Below are positions 18,986-28,283 of a DNA stretch of 64,000 nt, piece after piece. Under the pieces are notes generated by a model. The model saw nothing but the letters and a program-made list of their open reading frames with translations. It did no database searches and was not told where the DNA came from. Source of the stretch: Candidatus Iainarchaeum sp. (GTDB lineage Archaea; Iainarchaeota; Iainarchaeia; Iainarchaeales; 1-14-0-10-31-34); assembly GCA_017609625.1 (NCBI GenBank), contig JAFCDN010000004.1, forward strand, positions 948-64,947, read 5' to 3'. The translations under genes and the position numbers were made by a program. How positions within the stretch are numbered: the stretch's first letter is position 1; the number at the start of each line of letters is the position of its first letter.

Positions 18986-19435
18986 TTAAAAGCTTTTTCC
19001 TTTAGTTAATTTTCCTTCAACCTCTTTTGCCAAAGCATTAAATTCCACTGTTGAAAGGCTTGCAGGCGCTCTGACAATAAAAATTTTGTTTTTATACGGC
19101 ATCAGCATATACCATTCATTTGATTTAATCAGAATTGTTTCAGACTTTGGAATTTCTGATTTAATATAATTAAACATTGCTGTTCCAATTACTGCTTCTT
19201 TTAGGCTGTTGCCGTTTGAAGTTGAAGCAATAACCGACCCGTTTTTGCTTGCAACACAAATATTGTCCACTAAATGCTTTTTCCTTAAAGTTTTCAAAAG
19301 CTTTCTTAAATCCTTGGAATTTGTATTGAAATGAAATTTTGAAAGGATTTCAGAAATTGCATTTAACTGTTCTTTTGGAATTTCAGTGTTATCCAAACCC
19401 AAAAGTTTTCCTGCAAAATTTCTAACTGATTTCAT
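18986..19435 (-). CDS. Hypothetical protein, possible Roadblock/profilin-like fold
   Basis: ICVASKNGSVIAS pattern resembles Roadblock/LC7. Confidence 0.5.
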   Translation of the reverse strand: MKSVRNFAGKLLGLDNTEIPKEQLNAISEILSKFHFNTNSKDLRKLLKTLRKKHLVDNICVASKNGSVIASTSNGNSLKEAVIGTAMFNYIKSEIPKSETILIKSNEWYMLMPYKNKIFIVRAPASLSTVEFNALAKEVEGKLTKGKSF

Positions 19436-19480
19436 AAAAAACCTTAAATAAAGAAGAACAGAAAAAGCTTTTATTGCTTT

Positions 19481-19972
19481 CTAGCCCATTGAACCTAAGC
19501 CTAGTTTCTTCATTATCTCTGTTTTATGAGAAGAAGTTTTCATTACCATTGAAAGTACTTTTCTTGCATAAGCTGTATTGAATTTCTTTTTTGTTAATTT
19601 GTTTATGTCTCCTGGAGAAACACTCACATCAATTCTTACTTTAGGGTTAACTGCAATGGTTAATTCTGCATCAGTTGAACGGAAAGAAACAACATCAAAT
19701 ACCCCAAATTCAGATGAACCTGCATTAAATACCTGTGCAATCGCTGGATTGCCGTTTACTACCACGCCATATTTGAGGTATTCATAAGATGCAGCAATTA
19801 CTTTTCCTGAACGAAAAATTAAAGTGCCTTCTTCTAAACCATCAAATCCTTCAATTGTCAAAGCAGCATAACCGCTGAATTTTTCTTTAATTAAATTAAC
19901 AACTTTTTGGCTGAACTTATGTTCTTTCAAATCCAAAGCCTGTTCTTGAATTCTTCCTTCAATTAACTTCAT
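19481..19972 (-). CDS. DUF2226-family protein
   Basis: FSGYAALTIEGFDGLEEGTLIFRSGKVIAASYE; C-terminal EIMKKLGL. Confidence 0.65.
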   Translation of the reverse strand: MKLIEGRIQEQALDLKEHKFSQKVVNLIKEKFSGYAALTIEGFDGLEEGTLIFRSGKVIAASYEYLKYGVVVNGNPAIAQVFNAGSSEFGVFDVVSFRSTDAELTIAVNPKVRIDVSVSPGDINKLTKKKFNTAYARKVLSMVMKTSSHKTEIMKKLGLGSMG

Positions 19973-19976
19973 TTAA

Positions 19977-20432
19977 TCACTTTCTTCCCAAAACAATTAC
20001 ATGGTCTGCAGTGTTTTTTAGTGCAGCAGCAGAAGCTTCTTCTGCTAAAATAACTATAGTATCTTTTCCATATCTTTTTGCTTTAACTAAAACAGGCAAA
20101 AAATCTGAGTCTCTTGTAACAAAAGCAATTGACTGGATTGAATCATTAAAAATTGTTTCTGTTGCATCCACTGCCATATAAACATCTACATCCCCTACAG
20201 TGATAATTGACTCAAAACCCTGATTTACTACTGCTTCAACTAATTTGTCTGAAGCGTACTGGTTCAAAAAAACTTTTCCAATCTTTACCTGGCCAAACTT
20301 TTCTAAAGATTTTTTTATTTCCTCCAAGTCAATGTTTAACTCTTTTCTCAGAATGTTTGGCCCGTCAACAAAAACAGCAATGTTTTTTTGTGAAACAGTT
20401 TTTTTTCCGCCAAAAATATCTCTTAAAGCCAT
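19977..20432 (-). CDS. NYN domain (PIN-like) protein, TIGR00288-like
   Basis: VFVDGPNILRKE, DVDVYMAVDA, TRDSDFLP. Confidence 0.9.
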   Translation of the reverse strand: MALRDIFGGKKTVSQKNIAVFVDGPNILRKELNIDLEEIKKSLEKFGQVKIGKVFLNQYASDKLVEAVVNQGFESIITVGDVDVYMAVDATETIFNDSIQSIAFVTRDSDFLPVLVKAKRYGKDTIVILAEEASAAALKNTADHVIVLGRK

Positions 20433-20536
20433 TAAAATCCAACTCTCAAATTATGTAGTTTAAGTAATAAAATGACAGCATAAAATTATTAAGATATCCG
20501 TCCTATTTTTTTAAGCTATTAGAAAGGGGTGTTTTT

Positions 20537-20935
20537 TTGGAGGAAAAGAAGTTTGTCAAAGTAAGCCAGCTTAAAGAAGGCGGTTTTGTCTTAATTGAAG
20601 GAATTGTCTGCAAAATCAGCACAATAGATAAATCAAAACCTGGAAAACATGGTTCAACCAAAGCAAGAGTTGTTGCAATAGGAGTGTTTCAGAACACCAA
20701 AAAAAATTTACTGCAGCCAACTTCTGCTGATGCACAAATTCCAATAATTGAAAAAGGAGTTGCACAGGTTGTTGCAGTAATGGGAAACACCCTTCAGTTA
20801 ATGGACACAACTTCTTATGCTACTTTTACTTCAGATTTGCCTGCAGAACTAAAAGGACTCAAATCAGGGGACGAAATAGAGTTTATGAAATACGGCGAAA
20901 ACGCAAAAGTTTTAAGGAAAAAACAGGTTGAATAA
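20537..20935 (+). CDS. eif5a: Translation factor aIF-5A
   Basis: Hypusine motif SKPGKHGSTKAR; TTG start after GGGGTG. Confidence 0.96.
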   Translation: MEEKKFVKVSQLKEGGFVLIEGIVCKISTIDKSKPGKHGSTKARVVAIGVFQNTKKNLLQPTSADAQIPIIEKGVAQVVAVMGNTLQLMDTTSYATFTSDLPAELKGLKSGDEIEFMKYGENAKVLRKKQVE

Positions 20936-21208
20936 TCAATCAACTTTCACTCCCAAAAAATCAGAAATGATTTGTTTTGTCTCTCTAGCTTTTTTGTGGT
21001 TAAGAGAAACATGCAAACCATAGCCAGTAGGTTTCTTAAACAAAAAATTTTCTTTAATGAGTTTTTCAGCAACTTCTTTAATCAAAGAACGATCTTTAGG
21101 TTTAAAACCTTTCTTTAAATTATCAAAAGCAGTGTGGCTGTTTCCCCAGTTTCTTCTCCTCGCAAGCTTGAATAAAATTTTGGCTTTAATCAACTCTTCT
21201 TTGCCCAT
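20936..21208 (-). CDS. Small basic hypothetical protein (possible winged-helix)
   Basis: MGKEELIKAKILFKLARRRNWGNSHT...KKPTGYGLHVSLN. Confidence 0.6.
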   Translation of the reverse strand: MGKEELIKAKILFKLARRRNWGNSHTAFDNLKKGFKPKDRSLIKEVAEKLIKENFLFKKPTGYGLHVSLNHKKARETKQIISDFLGVKVD

Positions 21209-21272
21209 ATAAAAAGACTTTGAAAGTATTATTTTATAAACCTTTATCTTTGTTAATTGTTTAAGTGGTTTT

Positions 21273-21590
21273 ATGGAAGAAGAAACAAATTTGGTGAAAT
21301 TTTTCGGAGACAACCCTTTTATTCGCATATTAGATGCATTGATTGATAATATTGGAGAAGACTACTCTAAAAAAGAACTTCAGGAACTTGCAGGAATAAG
21401 CAAAGCTGCATTTTTCAATCACTGGCACAAAATAGAGGAGTTAGGTTTAGTTAGAGTAACAAGGGTTTTTGGAAAAACAAAATTATATACTTTAAACAAG
21501 AAAAGCAATTTAGTTAAAGACATTCTGAAATTTGAAACAAGAATGATAGAAGAAACAATGCCAAAAGAGAAAATTGCTGTAAAAGCTTAA
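21273..21590 (+). CDS. Winged helix-turn-helix DNA-binding protein
   Basis: YSKKELQELAGISKAAF...LVRVTRVFGKTKLYTLN. Confidence 0.8.
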   Translation: MEEETNLVKFFGDNPFIRILDALIDNIGEDYSKKELQELAGISKAAFFNHWHKIEELGLVRVTRVFGKTKLYTLNKKSNLVKDILKFETRMIEETMPKEKIAVKA

Positions 21591-23152
21591 GTGGACTCCT
21601 TTTCTTTTTTTTCTTTTCCAGCTTTTTCTAGCTCAACTTTTCTAAAAAGAATCTCTGCTTTGCCTGTTTTTGTTCCTTTCTGAATCAGATTCCATTTAAA
21701 TGCTTCATCAAATTTTTTAACTTCAATCCCTAATTGTTTCTGAATTTTTTCTGAAGTTTCTGGAATAAACGGAGCAAGCAAAATGCTTGTAATTCTCAGG
21801 GATTCTGAAAGCGAAGCCAGAACATTTCCTAACTCTTCTTTTTTGTCTGCTTTTGCCAGTTCCCAGGGTTTCTGGTCATTAATGTATTTGTTTGAAGCAT
21901 TAATTATTTCCCAGATGCTTGATAAAGCCCTGTGGAATTCTAAAGCTTCAATTAATTTGTCTGTTTCTTCACTCTTTTTTAAAGTAAAATCCCGCAGTTC
22001 TTTATCTTGTTTGGAAATGTTTACTGCATGAGGAATTTTTCCTTCAAAATATTTTTCTACCATTACAACAGTCCTGTTCAATAAATTTCCCAAACCATCT
22101 GCTAACTCTGAATTGATTCTCTGAACTAAAGCTTTCTCTGAATAATCTCCGTCAGAACCAAAAGGGATTTCTCTGAACAAAAAATATCTAAAAGCATCAA
22201 CAGAATATTTTTCTGTAACTTCTATTGGATCAATAAAGTTTCCTTTAGATTTAGACATTTTTTCTCCTTCAACTGTAAGCCAGCCATGGCCAAAAACTTT
22301 TTTTGGCAGGTCTAATCCTGCAGCTAAAAGCATTGCAGGCCAGATTACTGCATGAAACCTTACAATTTCTTTTCCCATTAAATGCACGTCTGCAGGCCAG
22401 ATGCTTTTGAATTGCTTTGAGTTAGAACCATAGCCTATTCCAGTAATATAATTCAGCAAAGCATCAAACCAGACATAAATTACATGGCTTTTATCCATTG
22501 GAACTGGAATACCCCATTTAATTGAAGTTCTGGAAATTGAAAGATCCTGCAAGCCTTGTTTTATAAAATTCACTATCTCGTTTTTTCTGCTTTCAGGCAA
22601 AACAAAATCAGTACTTTCAATATATCCAAGCAATGCCTGCTCGTATTTGCTTAACTTGAAAAAATAAGACTGCTCGCGCATTAACTGGGTTTTTTTTCCG
22701 CAGGAAGGGCAGTTTTTTTCTCCCTGCAGTTGTGTTTCAGAATAATATGTTTCACACGGCACACAATAATAGCCTTCATATTCCCCTAAATAAATGTCGC
22801 CGTTTTCATAAACTTTTTTGAAAAACTTTATTACAGCTTTTTCGTGCATTAAATCAGTTGTTCTGATAAAACCGTCATAAGAAATATTTAATTTCTTCCA
22901 GTAATCAGTGTAAAACGGAACTAATTCATCCAAAAATTCTTTTGGCTGTTTTCCTTTTTCTTCTGCTGCTTTTGAAATCTTTTCTCCGTGCTCGTCTGTT
23001 CCAGTAAGAAAAAACACTTTTTTTCCTTTTAATCTCTGAAATCTTGCGATAATGTCTGCAGCTAAAGTAGTGTAAGCTGAACCTATATGAGGTTTTGCAT
23101 TAACATAATACAACGGAGTTGTAACATAATATGTGTTCTTTACTGTAACCAC
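21587..23152 (-). CDS. metG: Methionyl-tRNA synthetase (short, bacterial MetRS1-like)
   Basis: TTPLYYVNAKPHIGS, TGTDEHG, YVWFDAL, KMSKS; single Zn knuckle; no C-terminal Trbp domain. Confidence 0.95.
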   Translation of the reverse strand: MVTVKNTYYVTTPLYYVNAKPHIGSAYTTLAADIIARFQRLKGKKVFFLTGTDEHGEKISKAAEEKGKQPKEFLDELVPFYTDYWKKLNISYDGFIRTTDLMHEKAVIKFFKKVYENGDIYLGEYEGYYCVPCETYYSETQLQGEKNCPSCGKKTQLMREQSYFFKLSKYEQALLGYIESTDFVLPESRKNEIVNFIKQGLQDLSISRTSIKWGIPVPMDKSHVIYVWFDALLNYITGIGYGSNSKQFKSIWPADVHLMGKEIVRFHAVIWPAMLLAAGLDLPKKVFGHGWLTVEGEKMSKSKGNFIDPIEVTEKYSVDAFRYFLFREIPFGSDGDYSEKALVQRINSELADGLGNLLNRTVVMVEKYFEGKIPHAVNISKQDKELRDFTLKKSEETDKLIEALEFHRALSSIWEIINASNKYINDQKPWELAKADKKEELGNVLASLSESLRITSILLAPFIPETSEKIQKQLGIEVKKFDEAFKWNLIQKGTKTGKAEILFRKVELEKAGKEKKEKEST

Positions 23153-23224
23153 CTGAAAAAATAAATAAAAGAGAGAAAGTTATATTATTTTAAAAGTTAA
23201 ACTATTTAAAAAGGAGACGCCAAA

Positions 23225-23806
23225 CTATAATATTCTTTTCTGCATTTTCCTCTTGTTTAATGCCTTTCTTTTTCTGCTTCTTGCTTTTCTTCTGTCGCTG
23301 CGAATTTTGTTTCTCAATCTTTTTTTTGCTGTTTCATAAGAATAAATCCAAACAAAAGGATTCTTAGACGTAATTCCCCTGCCTTCAAGCTGAACTATTC
23401 TTGCTGGTTCCTGCGGAGGTTCTCTAAAGCTCTTTATAGAAGGAAATCTTCTCTTCATTTCTTTTACAAGTTTTGATTCAAGCAGTTGTGCAATTCCTTT
23501 CCCAAACAAAGGTTTCTTGCCTTCAGAATACAAAAGCCCAAAAAACCCAACGTCAAATGGATCGTAAACCTGAAATATTCCGCTGTTTAATTTTGAGTCA
23601 AATCTCAACAAAATTTTTCCTAGCCTGCCCCCAGAATCTGACAATCCTTTTTCTCTGAATTCGTGTATAGCTCTCCTTATTGTAGAATTAGAAATAAAAG
23701 TTCTGGATTTGGCTTCTCTTGCAATATGAAACCTGGCTTCAAGTTCATTTGTCTTTGGGTTATAAGAATATTTAATCTTTATTCCCATAACTTTTCTTTT
23801 CGCCAT
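23225..23806 (-). CDS. Hypothetical basic protein with GNAT motif-A-like segment
   Basis: LFGKGIAQLLE; Arg/Lys-rich tail. Confidence 0.5.
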   Translation of the reverse strand: MAKRKVMGIKIKYSYNPKTNELEARFHIAREAKSRTFISNSTIRRAIHEFREKGLSDSGGRLGKILLRFDSKLNSGIFQVYDPFDVGFFGLLYSEGKKPLFGKGIAQLLESKLVKEMKRRFPSIKSFREPPQEPARIVQLEGRGITSKNPFVWIYSYETAKKRLRNKIRSDRRKARSRKRKALNKRKMQKRIL

Positions 23807-23830
23807 GAAAGAATTAAAAGCAGGTTAAAT

Positions 23831-24526
23831 TTAAAGGTTTCTTATTTCGACTTTTTCAAAAAACGGCTCTAAAAGTTTTTTTAATTCCAGCAATTCTTCA
23901 GAAGAATAAGGTTTTTTGTTTTCAAATTCTGGATCAACTAAAGGGCCTTTATTGCTGTACTGCTGTAAAGCAAAAAGTTTTGAAGAATTCAGCCATTCAC
24001 CGATTTTTACTGCATCTTCTTTGGAAAAAAACTCTGGAATAACTGTACAGCGGAATTCATATTCCAAGCCTGAATTTTTTATTAATTCAACGCTTTGTTT
24101 TATTTTTTCTAAATCAATTTCCACTCCGCAGATTTCAGAATACTTTTCTAAAGAAGTTTTGATGTCCATTGCAATATAATCCACAAGTTTTTTTTGGATT
24201 AATTCTTTCAGCATTAAAGGATTGCTTCCATTAGTATCAAGCTTTACTTCAAATCCAAAGGATTTGATTTTTGCACAAAATTCTGGAAGGTCTTTCTGTA
24301 AAGTAGGTTCCCCGCCTGTAATGCATACTCCATTCAGCCATTTTTTTCTTGATTCAAGGAAAGAAAAAAATTCTTCTTCTGCAACTGCGTTTTCTGAATC
24401 AAAAGAAATCAAAGAAGGATTCTGGCAGAAACCACAGCGGAAATTACAGCCTGCAGTAAATACAGTGCACCCAACTCTTTTTGGAAAATCAATTAAAGTT
24501 GTTTTTTGAATTCCTTTTAAAATCAT
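23831..24526 (-). CDS. nrdG: Anaerobic ribonucleotide reductase activating enzyme (radical SAM)
   Basis: GCNFRCGFCQN, ITGGEPT, KLDTNGS; downstream of nrdD. Confidence 0.93.
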   Translation of the reverse strand: MILKGIQKTTLIDFPKRVGCTVFTAGCNFRCGFCQNPSLISFDSENAVAEEEFFSFLESRKKWLNGVCITGGEPTLQKDLPEFCAKIKSFGFEVKLDTNGSNPLMLKELIQKKLVDYIAMDIKTSLEKYSEICGVEIDLEKIKQSVELIKNSGLEYEFRCTVIPEFFSKEDAVKIGEWLNSSKLFALQQYSNKGPLVDPEFENKKPYSSEELLELKKLLEPFFEKVEIRNL

Positions 24527-24604
24527 AAAAAAAACCTGAGAAAAATAGAAAGAAAAAAAGTCCAAAGGACTGTTTTTGGCAACTTGCCTTTTGAAAAAAG
24601 GCAG

Positions 24605-24775
24605 TCAGCAGTCACATTCAGCCTGGTTTTTGAAAGAGCTTTTCATTGTTTTTTCTTCGTTGTATGCTACTCTATCTTTAAATTCTTCTTTTTTTCCTAT
24701 ATTCCAGTTCTGAACCGGCCTGAAATAGCCGACAATTCTGGAATAGGTTTCACATTCTGCATTGCATTTAGTCAT
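24605..24775 (-). CDS. Stand-alone NrdD glycyl-radical domain (56 aa); not in supplied ORF track
   Basis: Manual translation MTKCNAECETYSRIVGYFRPVQNWNIGKKEEFKDR...; ATG overlaps nrdD stop (ATGA). Confidence 0.9.
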   Translation of the reverse strand: MTKCNAECETYSRIVGYFRPVQNWNIGKKEEFKDRVAYNEEKTMKSSFKNQAECDC

Positions 24776-27700
24776 TTTACCACCTCTTTTACTTCAATTT
24801 TTTCATTACTTTGAGAAGAAGATTCTGCTATCTCATGGGGACATTGGAAATGTTCTCCTTTAACATAACCATGAACTGGACAAACACTAAAAGTCGGAGT
24901 AATAGAATAATAAGGCAATTTTGTATTTTCTGCAATTTTTTTCACTAATTGTTTGCATGCTTCTCCGTCAGAAACTTTTTCTCCTAAAAAAGTATGAAAG
25001 ATTGTTCCTCCAGTATATAAAGGCTGAATCTCATTTTGGTGCATTATTGCTGTAATTGCATCTTCTGTATGGCCTACAGGCAATTGAGAAGAGTTTGTTA
25101 AATATGGATTATCTTTTCCTGCAGTGTAAATTTCCGGGTGAAACTTTTTGTCTAACCTTGCCAGTCTGTAAGAAGCAGACTCTGCTGGAGTTGCTTCCAA
25201 ATTATATAAATTCTTAGTTTCTTTCTGGAACTCAAAACATTTGTTTCTCATAAAAGTCAAAACTTCTATTGCAAAGTTTTTTCCTTCTTCTGAAGCAATG
25301 TCTTTTCCTAAAAAGTTTACGCAAGCTTCATTCATTCCGCATAAACCTATAGTGGAAAAGTGATTGTCAAAAGTTCCTAAATAAGCTTTAGTAAAAGGCA
25401 TTAAATTGTTTTTCAGATTTTTGTTTATTATTTTTCTTTTAATCTCTAAAGAAGTTTTTGCTAAATTCATATAATATTCTAGTTTTTCAAAAAACTCTTC
25501 TTTTGCGTCTTTCTGGTTTTTGCTCAAACTTTTCTCAAAAGTTTGTTTTGCTTCAAACCCAATTCTATTCATGTTAATTGTTATTACTCCAATTGAACCA
25601 GTTGCGTCTCCCGGACCCCACATTCCTCCAGGTCTGTTGATTAACTGGGAAGTGTCCATATTTAGTCTGCAGCAGTTGTGGGTTATTGTTCCAAGCGAAT
25701 GAACAAAACGATGATTTTCTTCCAGTTCAATATCAAAGAAAAATATTTCATCTGAAAACATGACTTTCTCTACATTAGTTATTTCAATTGGATAAACATT
25801 ACTATCCCCAAGCTTTTTTGTCAGTTCTGTGTGAGCACCATAATACTGTAAAGTCATTAATCCTACTTTACGGGTATTGTATAATCCAGGAACTTTATAA
25901 GTATTAACTTCCCATGAAGGCACTTTTTCATAAAGAGGAGGACTTCCAAGCCGGTTGTCGAGCATTCTTTCCTTGCCGTGTTGAACAGTTATTACTTGGG
26001 AATTTTCTCTTTCTCTGAATGTCACTGGTTTTCCAATCAAGTGGTAAAGCAATACAAGCTCTCTTGCCAGCATAGGGTCATTTATGTGTATTTCTCCACG
26101 CTTTTCATAACCATCCCCAAGGAAAAAACCATTCAAAAAAGATTCTATTATGTATTTTGGAGAATTCCATATCTGTGGCGGTATTTTGCCATACTTTTTA
26201 AGACCTGCTTTTGCCAGTTCTCTGGAAATCTGCGAATTATAAAAATATGCATAAAATGCATTATATCTCGGGTCTTTTCTGGTTTTTGCATTTACTCCAA
26301 ACTTTTTTTCTGCAAGCGTTATTATTTCATCTGCATAATAATTTTTGTTGCTTGGGAACGTGAACTGCATTCCTTTTTCCAAACCAAAAGTTGAAATGTT
26401 TTTTCTGTTTTCATAAAGAAAATTTCCATCTGCAATAAAAAAACCAAGAAGCTTTGCCATTTCTTCATCAATTTCCTGCAACCCAATCTTTTGCTGTTCA
26501 GATGAAAGGCATGTTTCTGCTGACTTCACACTAAATAAAAATTCGCCACTAGAAAGGGACACAGCAGGTTTTTCTGTTATTCCCTGTGGCGTGAGAACTG
26601 ATACAGGGTGTGTTGGAGTCACTCTTATTGACTTGCCATCTCTTGTTTTAATCACTACCATTTCATTCCCAGCAGTCTTTACAATATTTTTTATTGGTTT
26701 CCACTCAAGTTTCAATGTTTTTTGATTCAAAGACATTACTTTAATTTCTGCGCTTAACTCACTCCATCCATCAAAATCAAATTTTAAGGCATAATTTGAT
26801 GATAATTCTCCAATAGAAGTTTTTTCAATAATTCCGTCTTTTTTGATTAAAAGTTCTTCTTCAGGATGCAAGCACATTGCTCTAATGCTTTTTGGATCTA
26901 AATCAGAGCCAACATAATTCTGGAAATAAGGAATTCCATATTTTGCTGTTACATCAAACAATAGTTTTGCGTTTTCTGAATCCCAATTAAAACTTTTTGT
27001 TAGGTTGTATGTTGGGATTGGAAAAGTAAATATTCTTCCATTTGCATCTCCATCCTGCATTACTTCCAAAAAAGCTTTATTAACCATGTCAACTTCTTTT
27101 TGTAAATCTCCATAAGTGAATTCCTGTTCTTTTCCTCCGACAATTGCTTTTTCTTCTCTCATGTCTTCTGGAACAGTCCAATCAAATGTAAGGTTAGAAA
27201 ATGGATATTGACTTCCCCATCTGCTTGGAATGTTTAAAGAATAAACTAATTCCTGCATGCATTGTTTGACTTGTTTGTAATCCAGATTGTCTGTTCTGAC
27301 AAAAGGAGCAAGTAAAGTATCAGTAGAAGAAAATGCCTGTGCACCTGCAAACTCCATCTGTAGGCATCCAATAAAATTCACCATCTGATGAACAACCACC
27401 CCTAAATGTTTTGCTGGTTTTGCATCAACTTTGTTTGCCACTCCGCCAAAACCTCTAATTAGCAAGTCTTTCAAAGACCAGCCTGCACAATATCCAATAA
27501 ACCCATGGCTTAAATCATGGATATGAATATGCCCTTTTCTATATGCATCGCTTACTTCCTGAGGATAGATTTGAGTTAAAGCATAGTTTGCAATAACTTT
27601 TCCTGCAGTATGCAACAACAAGCCAGAAAAAGAATATGCTTCATTAGAGTTTTCATTTACTCTCCAGTCATCTTGTCTTAAATATTCATTGATTGTGTGT

Positions 27701-28029
27701 TCTACATCAATAAAAGTGTCTTTCATTTCTCTTATTTTTGCCTGCTGCTGCCTGTACAAAATATAAGCTTTTGCAGTTTTTGCATGGCCTTCTTCTATTA
27801 GAACTTTTTCTACTATGTCTTGGATTTGTTCAACTGAAGGAATATCAGATGCAGAATCAAACTTAATTCTTACAACAAAAACAACTTTTTTTGCAATCTT
27901 TCTTGCTGTTTCAATATCACTGCCTCCAACGCTTTGGGCAGCCTTAAAAATAGCTTGTGCAATCTTTTCTTCATCAAAAGAAACAGTCTGCCCGTTTCTT
28001 TTTTTTATTGACTTAAAATATTCTGCCAT
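24772..28029 (-). CDS. nrdD: Anaerobic (class III) ribonucleoside-triphosphate reductase with ATP cone and intein; lacks glycyl-radical tail
   Basis: ATP cone IKKRNG...FDEEKI; HIHDL, YCAGWS, RAM|CCRL, EATPAES, YTGGT. Confidence 0.95.
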   Translation of the reverse strand: MAEYFKSIKKRNGQTVSFDEEKIAQAIFKAAQSVGGSDIETARKIAKKVVFVVRIKFDSASDIPSVEQIQDIVEKVLIEEGHAKTAKAYILYRQQQAKIREMKDTFIDVEHTINEYLRQDDWRVNENSNEAYSFSGLLLHTAGKVIANYALTQIYPQEVSDAYRKGHIHIHDLSHGFIGYCAGWSLKDLLIRGFGGVANKVDAKPAKHLGVVVHQMVNFIGCLQMEFAGAQAFSSTDTLLAPFVRTDNLDYKQVKQCMQELVYSLNIPSRWGSQYPFSNLTFDWTVPEDMREEKAIVGGKEQEFTYGDLQKEVDMVNKAFLEVMQDGDANGRIFTFPIPTYNLTKSFNWDSENAKLLFDVTAKYGIPYFQNYVGSDLDPKSIRAMCLHPEEELLIKKDGIIEKTSIGELSSNYALKFDFDGWSELSAEIKVMSLNQKTLKLEWKPIKNIVKTAGNEMVVIKTRDGKSIRVTPTHPVSVLTPQGITEKPAVSLSSGEFLFSVKSAETCLSSEQQKIGLQEIDEEMAKLLGFFIADGNFLYENRKNISTFGLEKGMQFTFPSNKNYYADEIITLAEKKFGVNAKTRKDPRYNAFYAYFYNSQISRELAKAGLKKYGKIPPQIWNSPKYIIESFLNGFFLGDGYEKRGEIHINDPMLARELVLLYHLIGKPVTFRERENSQVITVQHGKERMLDNRLGSPPLYEKVPSWEVNTYKVPGLYNTRKVGLMTLQYYGAHTELTKKLGDSNVYPIEITNVEKVMFSDEIFFFDIELEENHRFVHSLGTITHNCCRLNMDTSQLINRPGGMWGPGDATGSIGVITINMNRIGFEAKQTFEKSLSKNQKDAKEEFFEKLEYYMNLAKTSLEIKRKIINKNLKNNLMPFTKAYLGTFDNHFSTIGLCGMNEACVNFLGKDIASEEGKNFAIEVLTFMRNKCFEFQKETKNLYNLEATPAESASYRLARLDKKFHPEIYTAGKDNPYLTNSSQLPVGHTEDAITAIMHQNEIQPLYTGGTIFHTFLGEKVSDGEACKQLVKKIAENTKLPYYSITPTFSVCPVHGYVKGEHFQCPHEIAESSSQSNEKIEVKEVVK
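25675..26874 (-). mobile_element. Intein with LAGLIDADG endonuclease in NrdD (400 aa)
   Basis: Starts CLHPEE, ends ITHN before Cys; LLGFFIADG and FLNGFFLGDG motifs. Confidence 0.93.
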
Positions 28030-28283
28030 TATTCCACTTTCTCTTTTCCTTTAAAAAAAAGCCAATGAAAGTATTTAAACCTTTACTTCAAAAACAAAAC
28101 AGTTTCTTTTCCAAACTTTTTTTTATTTTTCTTTCGTTTTTCTAACAAGGTTTTTTTCTGTTTTTCACTTTACTTAGTTTTTTGAACCGTTTTCTTTGAT
28201 TTTCTTCAACATAACACTGTTTTTGCCTTTTACTATTAAAATAAGTAGAAAATAGTTAAAAATACAAATATGTTAAATCATTA

